Part shown: piece after piece, positions 26,429-35,215 of the stretch
Layout: each line of letters begins with the position of its first letter
Position numbering within the stretch: position 1 is the stretch's first letter
Assembly (NCBI GenBank): GCA_965208835.1
Contig: OZ242358.1
Coordinates: 2,007,325-2,071,324 of the forward strand
DNA length: 64,000 bases
From: Candidatus Latescibacterota bacterium
Lineage (GTDB): Bacteria; Latescibacterota; UBA2968; GCA-2709665
Direction of reading: 5' to 3'
Notes under the pieces: model-generated
Told to the model about the DNA's origin: nothing
What the model saw: only the letters and a program-made list of their open reading frames with translations
Databases searched by the model: none
Made by a program: the position numbers and the translations under genes

Positions 26429-27643
26429 ATGGAATCAAACCTGAATATCAGTAATCCGAGTCTCCGTCCGAAGCTGCGCGCGGCAGGTCTGGTACTGCCG
26501 CTGATGGCCTTTGTCGGATTCACCTTTGCGGCCCCGCTCGGGACCATGCTCGTGCGAAGCGTTTACGATCCCGTGGTCGCCGACGCGATGCCGCGTACAC
26601 TCGAACTGCTGAGCGACTGGGACGGCAGGGGCGCTCCCTCGGAGGCGGTCTACGCATCCGCCGCCCGCGAACTCTTGAAGGCACGCGAGAGTCGGACCCT
26701 CGGGCAGATTGCCAGCCGCGTGAACCGGGTCCAGGGCGGGCTGCGAAGCGTGTTGACGAAGAGCGCGCGGCGGCTCCGGCGCGTGGACAGCGGACCATGG
26801 CGCGACGCGATGATCGGCATCGACTCCGACTGGGGCGATGCTCGAACCTGGCACGCCATCCGAAGCGCCGGTGAGCGTTATACCGCACGCCACTATCTGA
26901 ACGCCCTCGACCTTCAGAGCCTGCCCGGCGGTTCAATCGCACGCCAGCCAGAGGAGCGCCGCATCTACCTTCCCTTGTTGTGGCGTACCCTCTGGGTGAG
27001 CCTGACCATAACGACGCTCTGCCTGTTGCTCGGCTACCCCATTGCTCATCTGATCGCGCATTCGCCCCCGCGTATCGGCAATCTGCTTCTGATTCTCGTA
27101 TTGATCCCCTTCTGGACATCGCTGCTGGTTCGTACCACCTCCTGGATCGTCCTGCTGCAGACCCAGGGCGTCCTCAACGACCTGTTCGTGGCTCTCGGTC
27201 TGATCGGCGACGACGGACGTCTGGCGATGATTTACAACATGACCGGAACACTGGTGGCGATGACGCACGTACTGCTTCCGTTCATGATTCTCCCGCTTTA
27301 TTCGATCATGCGCGCCATCCCGCCCATTCAGATGAGCGCCGCGGCCTCACTTGGCGCGAGTCCCTTTCAGGCATTCCGGCGCGTGTACTGGCCCCAGACC
27401 CTGCCCGGCGTGAGCGCGGGATCGCTCCTGGTGTTCATCCTCGCGATCGGTTACTATATCACCCCCGCGCTTGTGGGCGGAAGCAGCGGGCAGCTTATAT
27501 CGAACATGATTGCCTTCCATATGCAGACCTCGCTCAACTGGGGTCTTGCCGCGGCGCTGGGCGGCATCCTGCTGGCCTGCGTAGGCGCACTGTATGTGCT
27601 CTACGACCGCATGGTGGGAATCGAGCGGATGAGGTTGGGCTGA
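26429..27643 (+). CDS. ABC transporter permease (PotB/spermidine-putrescine-type) with a large loop after the first TM helix
   Basis: ATG 26429 (MESNLNIS) lies within track ORF 25982..27643. The C-terminal approx 200 aa carry binding-protein-dependent permease features, including the EAA-like region AAASLGASPFQAFRRVYWP. Confidence 0.8.
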   Translation: MESNLNISNPSLRPKLRAAGLVLPLMAFVGFTFAAPLGTMLVRSVYDPVVADAMPRTLELLSDWDGRGAPSEAVYASAARELLKARESRTLGQIASRVNRVQGGLRSVLTKSARRLRRVDSGPWRDAMIGIDSDWGDARTWHAIRSAGERYTARHYLNALDLQSLPGGSIARQPEERRIYLPLLWRTLWVSLTITTLCLLLGYPIAHLIAHSPPRIGNLLLILVLIPFWTSLLVRTTSWIVLLQTQGVLNDLFVALGLIGDDGRLAMIYNMTGTLVAMTHVLLPFMILPLYSIMRAIPPIQMSAAASLGASPFQAFRRVYWPQTLPGVSAGSLLVFILAIGYYITPALVGGSSGQLISNMIAFHMQTSLNWGLAAALGGILLACVGALYVLYDRMVGIERMRLG

Positions 27644-27644
27644 G

Positions 27645-28469
27645 ATGGCGCCAGTCGAAACGCGGGAACGCGTGGGCCGTTATCTCTACACCGGCTTCTG
27701 TGCCGCGGTGTTTTTGTTTCTTGTCGCGCCAATCCTGGTGATTGTACCCCTGAGCTTCAATGCCCAGCCTTACTTCACGTTTACCGAGGGCATGCTGCGC
27801 CTGGATGCCGAAGCCTGGTCGTTGCGCTGGTACCGGCAGATCATCGAGAACGAGGTGTGGACGCGCGCGCTTCTCAACAGCCTGATTATCGGGGTCGCCT
27901 CCACGGTCCTGGCGACCGGCCTGGGTACGCTCGCGGCGATGGGCCTTTCCAACCCGGCCATGCCCGGCCGGCGCCTTGCGATGGGACTGCTCATTTCGCC
28001 CATGGTGACTCCGGTGATTATCGCGGCGGCGGGCATGTTCTTCTTCTACTCGAACCTGGGACTGGCGCAGACGCATCTGGGCCTGATTCTGGCGCATGCG
28101 GCGCTGGGAACCCCGTTTGTCGTAATCACGGTGACCGCCACGCTGTCCGGCTTCGACACCAACCTGACGCGCGCGGCCGCGAGTCTCGGCGCGGGGCCTG
28201 TGCGGACCTTTCGTCGCGTTCAATTCCCGTTGATCGCGCCCGGCGTGATCTCGGGGGCGCTCTTCGCATTCGCCACGTCTTTCGATGAAGTGGTCGTGGT
28301 GCTGTTCATGGCCGCGATCGAACAGCGTACGATTCCGCGCCAGATGTGGGCCGGCATCCGGGAGCAGATCAGCCCGACCATCCTTGCGGTGGCGACGTTT
28401 CTGATTGTATTCGCCGTTCTGCTGCTCTTCGCCGTCGAGTGGATGCGAAGGCGTTCCACCTCGAGATAG
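27645..28469 (+). CDS. ABC transporter permease (PotC-type)
   Basis: 274 aa with six hydrophobic helices and the EAA-like loop AAASLGAGPVRTFRRVQFP. It starts 1 nt after the preceding stop. Confidence 0.85.
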   Translation: MAPVETRERVGRYLYTGFCAAVFLFLVAPILVIVPLSFNAQPYFTFTEGMLRLDAEAWSLRWYRQIIENEVWTRALLNSLIIGVASTVLATGLGTLAAMGLSNPAMPGRRLAMGLLISPMVTPVIIAAAGMFFFYSNLGLAQTHLGLILAHAALGTPFVVITVTATLSGFDTNLTRAAASLGAGPVRTFRRVQFPLIAPGVISGALFAFATSFDEVVVVLFMAAIEQRTIPRQMWAGIREQISPTILAVATFLIVFAVLLLFAVEWMRRRSTSR

Positions 28470-28520
28470 GCCGCGGCGCATCGGCAATTCTGAGCCAACA
28501 ACACACCAGGCAGAAAGCAA

Positions 28521-29651
28521 ATGGATCCAGAGGTCGCCCCAATGCACGCAAACGAGACCGCGCACGTCGAGTTCGAGGGTGTCAGCAAGAGCTTCGACGG
28601 CCGCACCCTCGTCGTCGATAATCTCGATCTCGATGTCCGAAAAGGGGAATTCCTGACGATGCTCGGGCCTTCCGGGTCTGGTAAGACCACATGTCTCATG
28701 ATGCTCGCGGGATTTGAAACGCCCTCGTCCGGCGCCATTCGTATCAACGGGCGTTCCGTGCACGAGTTGCCCCCGCGCAAACGGGGGATCGGCATGGTCT
28801 TCCAGAATTACGCGCTCTTTCCCCATATGACGGTTGGCCGGAACCTCGCCTTTCCGCTGGAGGTGCGCGGGCTGGACCGGTTGGAATGTCGTGAACGCGT
28901 GGCGCGGGCCCTTGAACTGGTCCGCCTCGAAGGATTTGAGGAACGAGAGCCATCCCAGCTTTCCGGTGGCCAGCAGCAGCGGGTCGCCATTGCGAGGGCG
29001 TTGGTCTTCGAGCCCGATCTGGTGCTGATGGACGAGCCGCTCGGGGCGCTCGACCGGCGCCTGCGGGAGGAAATGCAATATGAAATAAGGCGTATACAGA
29101 AAGACCTCGGCGTAACGGTGGTGTACGTGACCCACGACCAGGAGGAGGCGATGGTCATGTCGGACCGGATCGCTGTGCTCCGGAGGGGCGATATCCAGCA
29201 GGTCGCCGCGCCCGAGGTTCTCTACGAAGAGCCGGAACGCTCGTTTGTCGCCCGCTTCATCGGGGAAAACAACCGTCTCCACGGCCGGGTGCGGAGCGTC
29301 GACGGGGACATCTGCGAAGTCGAGACGGGCGGTCGGACCATCAGCGCCCTTCGCGTCGCTCCGTGCGGAGCGGGGGACGCCACCACGCTTTCGATCCGGC
29401 CCGAGCGGGTTGCCATCTCGCCCGATCCCGGCCTCTATACGAACGAGCTCGACGCAAGAATCGAGGACATCACCTTTCTGGGCGACCATTTACGGGTTCG
29501 TGTGAGCGTTTGCGGCCGTTCGGATTTTATCGCGAAGATACCGAATATCGTGGGGCACGGCGCCATGCTGGTCGGAGACGAGGTCCGTGTCGGCTGGACG
29601 CCGACGGACTGCCGGGTACTGGACCTGGATGACGAGGCTGAGACCACGTGA
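28521..29651 (+). CDS. ABC transporter ATP-binding protein (PotA-type)
   Basis: It has Walker A GPSGSGKTT, the signature LSGGQQQR, Walker B LVLMDEP and a C-terminal TOBE-like region. Confidence 0.9.
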   Translation: MDPEVAPMHANETAHVEFEGVSKSFDGRTLVVDNLDLDVRKGEFLTMLGPSGSGKTTCLMMLAGFETPSSGAIRINGRSVHELPPRKRGIGMVFQNYALFPHMTVGRNLAFPLEVRGLDRLECRERVARALELVRLEGFEEREPSQLSGGQQQRVAIARALVFEPDLVLMDEPLGALDRRLREEMQYEIRRIQKDLGVTVVYVTHDQEEAMVMSDRIAVLRRGDIQQVAAPEVLYEEPERSFVARFIGENNRLHGRVRSVDGDICEVETGGRTISALRVAPCGAGDATTLSIRPERVAISPDPGLYTNELDARIEDITFLGDHLRVRVSVCGRSDFIAKIPNIVGHGAMLVGDEVRVGWTPTDCRVLDLDDEAETT

Positions 29652-30748
29652 AACAGTTTGGCAAGGTTGTCGTGCCCGTCGCGTTTGCGGCTTTAATGTC
29701 TGTGACGATTGTGGTCCCCTCCGGCGCCGACGACCGGCCGCTGACCGTCGTTTCATGGGGTGGGTCCTACGCGCAAGCCTGTGTCAAGGGCTACCACGAG
29801 CGGTTCACCGCGCAGACGGGGATCGCGATCAATCTGGAAGACTACAATGGCGGTCTGGCGCAGATACGCGCTCAGGTGGACGTGGGCAACGTTTTCTGGG
29901 ACGTGGTGGACCTGGAGATTGCCGACCTCGTGGCCGGATGCGACGAGGGCCTCCTCGCGCCCGTGGACGTGGAATCCCTCCCGGCAGGCGCCGACGGTAC
30001 GCCCGCGGCGGAGGACTTTCTGCCCGGTACGATGACGGACTGCGGGCCGACCTCGTTGTTCGGTTCCACGATTTTTGCATACAACAGGAAGCGTTTCCGG
30101 GGTGACAAACCGGAAACCATCGCCGACTTCTTCGATCTGGAGGCGTTTCCGGGCCGTCGCGGCATGCGTCGCTCGCCGCAGGTGAATCTGGAATTCGCGC
30201 TGATGGCCGACGGGGTGCCGATCGACTCGGTATACGCGGCGCTCGACACGCCCGCCGGCGTTGACCGCGCGTTCCGGAAACTGGATACGATCAAGGAATA
30301 CATCGTGTGGTGGGAGGCCGGGGCGCAGCCCCCGCAATTGCTGGCCGACGGGGAGGTGGCGATGACCACAGCCTATAACGGGCGTATTTTCAATGCACAG
30401 GTGCTCGAAAACCAGCCCTTTGTCGTGGTGTGGGACGGCCAGGTCTACTACACGGCGGGGCTGGGTGTCGTGGCCGGCACGCGCAACCTGGAAGCAGCCA
30501 GGCGGTTCGTCAGGTTTGCCACGAGTGCGGAGTCCCTGGCCGGTGTCGGCCGGTACATCGCATACAGTCCGACGCGCCGTTCGGCGATGGCGTTGATCGC
30601 GACGCACGCCGAGACGGGCGTGGAGATGAATCCGCACATGCCCACCAGCCCTGAAAACGTGAAACGCGCCCTGCGTAGCGACTGGGCGTGGTGGAGCGAT
30701 CAGCTTGACGAGATGAACGAGCGTTTCAGCGCGTGGCTGGCGCGCTGA
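29648..30748 (+). CDS. ABC transporter periplasmic substrate-binding protein (PotD/PotF-like), paralog 1
   Basis: 366 aa with a signal-like N-terminus. The GTG start overlaps the ATPase stop. It is highly similar to the next ORF. Confidence 0.85.
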   Translation: MKQFGKVVVPVAFAALMSVTIVVPSGADDRPLTVVSWGGSYAQACVKGYHERFTAQTGIAINLEDYNGGLAQIRAQVDVGNVFWDVVDLEIADLVAGCDEGLLAPVDVESLPAGADGTPAAEDFLPGTMTDCGPTSLFGSTIFAYNRKRFRGDKPETIADFFDLEAFPGRRGMRRSPQVNLEFALMADGVPIDSVYAALDTPAGVDRAFRKLDTIKEYIVWWEAGAQPPQLLADGEVAMTTAYNGRIFNAQVLENQPFVVVWDGQVYYTAGLGVVAGTRNLEAARRFVRFATSAESLAGVGRYIAYSPTRRSAMALIATHAETGVEMNPHMPTSPENVKRALRSDWAWWSDQLDEMNERFSAWLAR

Positions 30749-30809
30749 ACCAGCCGGTTACTCACGACCGGCTGCAGATTGTCGGAACGGATGACGAGGA
30801 GGAATCATC

Positions 30810-31910
30810 ATGACGGACGTATTAAGCAAGGTCGTTCGCATCGCGTCGCTGGCAGGACTGTCCATATTGACCGCGGGCGGAGCCGCCGCCGATGACCGTC
30901 CATTGACGGTTGTTTCCTGGGGCGGGTCATATGCCCGCGCGTGCGTCAAAGGGTACCACGAGACATTCACCGCCGAAACGGGCATCGCGATCAACCTGGA
31001 AGACTACAACGGCGGCCTGGCGCAGATTCGTGCGCAGGTGGACGTGGGCAATGTCTACTGGGACGTTGTGGACCTGGAGATTCCGGACCTGGTGCGCGGC
31101 TGCGACGAGGGACTGCTTGAACCGATTGCCGTGAGTTCGCTTCCTGCGGGGCCCGACGGCACGCCCGCTGCGGAGGACTTTGTGCCAGGCACTCATACCG
31201 ATTGTGGACCTGCAACGATTTTCTACTCGACAGTGTATGCTTACAACAAGGAGAACATCAAGGGCGACAAACCGGCCACGATCGCAGACTTTTTCGATCT
31301 GGTGAAGTTCCCGGGGCGCCGAGGCATGCGCCGATCTCCACTGGTGAACCTGGAGTTCGCGTTGATGGCCGACGGCGTACCCATCGACTCCGTCTACGCC
31401 GCGCTCGACACGCCCGCGGGCGTGGACCGCGCGTTCCGAAAGCTGGACACGATCAAGGAGCACATCGTATGGTGGGAGGCGGGGGCGCAGCCGCCACAAA
31501 TGCTGGCGGACGGAGAGGTCGCTATGAGTACGGCCTACAACGGTCGCATCTTCAACGCGCAGGTGCTGGAAGACCAGCCCTTTGTCGTGGTGTGGGACGG
31601 CCAGGTTCTCGATACCGGCGGACTGGCCATTGTCGCGGGCACGCCCAACCTCGAAGCGGCAAGGAAGTTCGTCAACTTCGCCACAAGCGCGCGGGCCATC
31701 GCCGGTGTGGGCCGATATATTTCCTATAGCCCGACGCGTCGCTCGGCGATGGCGCTGATTTCGACGCATGCAGAAAAAGGCGTGGATATGATTCCGCACA
31801 TGCCCACCAGCCCTCAGAACGTGAAGCGCGCTCTGCACAACAACTGGGAATGGTGGAGCGATCACCTGGACGAAATGAACGAGCGCTTCAGCGCCTGGCT
31901 GGCGCGTTGA
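30810..31910 (+). CDS. ABC transporter periplasmic substrate-binding protein, paralog 2 (tandem duplicate)
   Basis: 366 aa with GAGGAGG upstream of the ATG. It aligns colinearly with 29648-30748 with most residues identical by eye. Confidence 0.85.
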   Translation: MTDVLSKVVRIASLAGLSILTAGGAAADDRPLTVVSWGGSYARACVKGYHETFTAETGIAINLEDYNGGLAQIRAQVDVGNVYWDVVDLEIPDLVRGCDEGLLEPIAVSSLPAGPDGTPAAEDFVPGTHTDCGPATIFYSTVYAYNKENIKGDKPATIADFFDLVKFPGRRGMRRSPLVNLEFALMADGVPIDSVYAALDTPAGVDRAFRKLDTIKEHIVWWEAGAQPPQMLADGEVAMSTAYNGRIFNAQVLEDQPFVVVWDGQVLDTGGLAIVAGTPNLEAARKFVNFATSARAIAGVGRYISYSPTRRSAMALISTHAEKGVDMIPHMPTSPQNVKRALHNNWEWWSDHLDEMNERFSAWLAR

Positions 31911-31984
31911 ATTGGCACATTGTTTGCAGGGTTCTTTTCGGCGATATTAAACATCGTGCTGGACAAGCCGAAAGGAGAGACGCT

Positions 31985-32398
31985 ATGGGCGCGACGTACG
32001 TTGACGTAACGATCCGAAATCCGGCCGATCTGCAGCGAAGCTGGACCGGAACATTCCTGGTGGACACTGGCGCGTTCGACTCGCTCGTACCCAGGGCTCG
32101 GTTGGAATCGATCGGACTTGAACCGAAAGGCAGTCGCGAGTACACCCTCGCCGATGGGACCGGCATCAGCCTGGAGATTACGACCGCCGACCTGGAGTTC
32201 GAGGGAGAGGTCGTGGGCGGCACCATCGTATACGGCGAGGATGGTGCGGAACCGCTGCTTGGCGTGACGGCACTCGAATCGGGTGGTTTCGAGGTGGATC
32301 CGCGCAACCAGGAGTTGAAACGGTTACCTGCGATCCTGTTGAAGAGAATCGAATGTTTGGCTGACTTGGAGAATGACGACCATGGGCGAGGACATTAA
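31985..32398 (+). CDS. retropepsin-like (clan AA) aspartyl protease family protein
   Basis: ATG 31985 lies within track ORF 31850..32398. MGATYVDVTIRNP...FLVDTGAFDSLVP carries the D-T-G active-site motif in the typical context. Confidence 0.6.
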   Translation: MGATYVDVTIRNPADLQRSWTGTFLVDTGAFDSLVPRARLESIGLEPKGSREYTLADGTGISLEITTADLEFEGEVVGGTIVYGEDGAEPLLGVTALESGGFEVDPRNQELKRLPAILLKRIECLADLENDDHGRGH

Positions 32399-32419
32399 GG
32401 TCGAAGAGGGGATTTCGCG

Positions 32420-33619
32420 ATGCCCCAGGTTCGCAAGCTAAGAATCGCGCAGGTGGGATGCGGCAGCCGGGGACTGGGCGTGCGGCTGCCCGCAATCCGC
32501 ATGATGTCGGACGTGTTCGAACTGGCGGCCGTGTGCGACGTGGATGAAGCGAAGGCGCGGTCGGTCGGCGCAGAATACGGGGTCCCTGCCTATTCGCGGG
32601 TCCAGGACCTGGCGGCGCATGAACACCTCGACGTCGCGGCGATCAGTACGCCCGGCGATTCGCACCACGCCGTCGGCGCGTACCTGGCCGAGCGAGGCGT
32701 GAGTCTCATCGTGGAAACACCGATCGCGCCGATGCTGCAGACTGCCGACGTGCTCATCCGGGCGGTCGAACGGGGTGGTGTGAAGCTGGAAGTCGCCGAG
32801 CAGTTCTGTCGGGAACCCATGCACCTGATGAAGCGCAAGGCGATCGAGGCCGGGCACATCGGGGATGTACTTCGGGTGTTCTCTCTCTTTCAGACCGGCG
32901 GCTATCACATCGTGAGCAACGTCCGGGCGATGGCGTGTGATTCCGAGGCCGTGCGCGTCACCGGCATGGCGATGAATTCGCCGATTCCCAGGGTGAACGT
33001 AAGCGACATTCGGCAATACGAAACCGAATCCTGGACGATGGACATGGTCGAATTCGCGAACGGCGCGCTGGCCGTGATGTCCTACTCTTCCATGTATCAC
33101 GGCAGGGCCCTCGGTCGCAAGAGCCAGACGTTGTTTCAGGTCGACGGCACCACCGGAACCATTGTCGAGGATGACGTGCATACCACCACGGAAGCACAGC
33201 GGCTGAGCGGCGGCCGCGCCACCGTCTGCCCGATAAGGACGCAAACGCGCGAAATGGACGGTATACAGGTGCTGGACCGGATGGTAGTGGAGACCGACCC
33301 GCCGCTCGTTTGGCGGAATCCGTGGCCGCAATACCGGACTTCCCCGCGCGGGTTGGCGATTGTGGAGGAGATGGACAGTATTGCAAGGGCAGTACGTGAC
33401 AACCTGCCGACGCGATATGACGGGTACCGCGCGCGGAAGGACATCGAGATCGAACTGGCGGTGGCCGAGTCCGGGCGGTTGGGGGGGAAACCGGTGGACC
33501 TGCCATTACGGGAACCCACGTCGCGGGAAACGAACATGCTTGAACGATTCGAGCGAGATTATGCGTGCGATCCATTCGACGTGGATGCGTGCGTGGACGT
33601 GTTCTTTCCGAAGCGGTAG
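32420..33619 (+). CDS. Gfo/Idh/MocA-family NAD(P)-dependent oxidoreductase
   Basis: 399 aa with an N-terminal Rossmann pattern LRIAQVGCGSRG and ...ISTPGDSHHAV...VETPIA. Confidence 0.85.
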   Translation: MPQVRKLRIAQVGCGSRGLGVRLPAIRMMSDVFELAAVCDVDEAKARSVGAEYGVPAYSRVQDLAAHEHLDVAAISTPGDSHHAVGAYLAERGVSLIVETPIAPMLQTADVLIRAVERGGVKLEVAEQFCREPMHLMKRKAIEAGHIGDVLRVFSLFQTGGYHIVSNVRAMACDSEAVRVTGMAMNSPIPRVNVSDIRQYETESWTMDMVEFANGALAVMSYSSMYHGRALGRKSQTLFQVDGTTGTIVEDDVHTTTEAQRLSGGRATVCPIRTQTREMDGIQVLDRMVVETDPPLVWRNPWPQYRTSPRGLAIVEEMDSIARAVRDNLPTRYDGYRARKDIEIELAVAESGRLGGKPVDLPLREPTSRETNMLERFERDYACDPFDVDACVDVFFPKR

Positions 33620-33628
33620 TCAATTCAG

Positions 33629-34737
33629 ATGAAACGCCGGGTCCAGGAGAAATCGAGAATGGGCAGGGGACACGCATTCGCTTCCGAGACGAGAAGACTG
33701 ACGGACCAGAGAACGGGTGCATCGATCCGTCAGATGACGGATCATCCCGCCATCAGTCACAATCTTTACTTTTCGAACCCGTCGTGGACGCCGGACGGAA
33801 AGACCATTGTATTCACCTCGTATCGCTCCGGGAAACCGACCTCTTCAAAATCGACGAGGCGGCCGGCACGATCACGCAGTTGACCGATACGGAAGGATTC
33901 GGGGGCTTCGCCGCCTGCCCTTCTCGAGACGGGCAGAGTGTATTCTACAATGCGGGCGGACAGGTACGTGCCGTAGACTTAGACACGCTCGAGGAGTCGG
34001 TCCTCGCCGATTTCGGGAGCGGCAGCGCAGGTGGGTGCAGTCTCTCGTCAGACGGCGCGCGCCTCGTGACCTCGTTGCATCGGGACGGAACTTCGGCGGT
34101 GGTTGCCGTAGAGACTGACGGGACCGGTTTCCGCGTGGTGCGTGAACCGCCCCGCGCCGTCGGCCACGTTCAGGTCTGCCCGGTCGACCCGGACCTCATC
34201 CTTTACTCGAGCGACGTGAATCAGCGCATGTGGGAGGTAAGGATTGACGGGAGCGCTGAACGTGCGCTGTTTGTGCACGACAAGTCGGTCTGGATCACGC
34301 ACGAGACGTTTCTGGGGCATTCCGATGAAGTGATGTTCGTGCATTGGCCATACGCCCTGCGGGGAATCAGGGCGGGGGAGGACGAAGACCGGACCATCGC
34401 TTCCTTTAACGCCTGGCACCCGTCGCCCCGTGCTGATGGCTCCCTCATCGTGTGCGACACCACCTGTCCCGATGTCGGGTTGCAGCTGATCGATCCGAAG
34501 ACCGGCAAGCACGAGACACTGTGCTTTCCCGGCAGTTCGAACGGAGGATCGCAGTGGGCGAAAACGGTCCCCGAGGATGACCACAAGACGCGTCCCGAAA
34601 CATACGGGCCTCAGTGGTCCCACCCGCACCCTTCCTTCAGTCCCGACGGGAAACGGGTCATTTATACTTCGGACCGGACGGGCGTCAGCCAGATTTACGT
34701 CGTGGATGTGCCTGTTTGGGGTACCTCGCTCAACTGA
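33629..34737 (+). pseudogene. oligogalacturonide-lyase-like / TolB-type beta-propeller protein gene interrupted by a single-nt frameshift
   Basis: The N-terminal 70 codons lie in the frame of track ORF 33629..33883 (RLTDQRTGASIRQMTDHP...WTPDGKTIVFTSYRSGKP). The continuation lies in the frame of ORF 33565..34737 (DLFKIDEAAGTITQLTD ... SFSPDGKRVIYTSDRTG). The junction is at about 33833-33840 (GGGAAACCGACC). Confidence 0.65.
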
Positions 34738-34778
34738 GTGCCCCGCCCCGGCCGCGCCCGACTTCAAGCAAAAAACGC

Positions 34779-34807
34779 TTGACTCCCGATGCGCAATCCT
34801 GTAGATT
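34779..34807 (+). promoter_or_regulatory. candidate sigma70-type promoter upstream of repeats A2/B2 and the TPR-MoxR-Bat operon
   Basis: TTGACT (34779-34784), 17-bp spacer, TAGATT (34802-34807). Sequence match only, with no transcript evidence. Confidence 0.3.
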
Positions 34808-34944
34808 TGCGTTCCGCCTTTTCTTCGAATTATCCTCATTAAAATAAAGAAGATATAAATATCCGCTTTCAATTGTGGGAAGGGCGGAAGCGGCCATCTC
34901 ATTCCGGAGGACTTCTGTCGGGTGCGGTTGGATCTGGTGTTGGA

Positions 34945-35095
34945 AGCCCGTTGAGGAAGTCCATCCGGGGCTACAGCCGGCCCTTGCGGTCGAAAACCTG
35001 CGTTACGCTCCCGCCGAATCGCTGGATGGAACTCGGTCGCGCGCCTTGTCTTCGATCACAACGCCTCGCCTGCAGAGCGACTTCATCAACGGACT
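34945..35095 (+). repeat. repeat family A, copy A2
   Basis: It aligns with A1 (reverse complement) and A3. The termini AGCCCGTTGAGGAAGTCC ... GACTTCATCAACGGACT are inverted repeats. Confidence 0.85.
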
Positions 35096-35215
35096 TCAGG
35101 GCCGGCCCGTGACGCACTTAGGCGCGCCCTCTTGATGCACGGCGGAACAAGGGTGACCCCTGAATATGTCGTTGAGAATTTCGGAACTCGGATTCGGTTG
35201 AAGTGTTGTCTTATA

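Noticed and set aside
33830-33836. Programmed -1 ribosomal frameshift on GGGAAAC
   Set aside because: The heptamer is in the wrong phase. The zero-frame codons are GGG AAA C, not G GGA AAC, and I saw no obvious downstream stimulatory structure. A second unrelated indel at an A run (51988) makes sequencing error or gene decay more likely.
34860-34930. SRP (4.5S) RNA-like sequence GGGAAGGGCGGAAGCGGCCA downstream of the 34779 promoter match
   Set aside because: It lacks the conserved domain IV pattern (GGAA tetraloop flanked by the AGCA/GGCA loops) and has no complementary 3' strand. The resemblance is limited to a purine-rich word.
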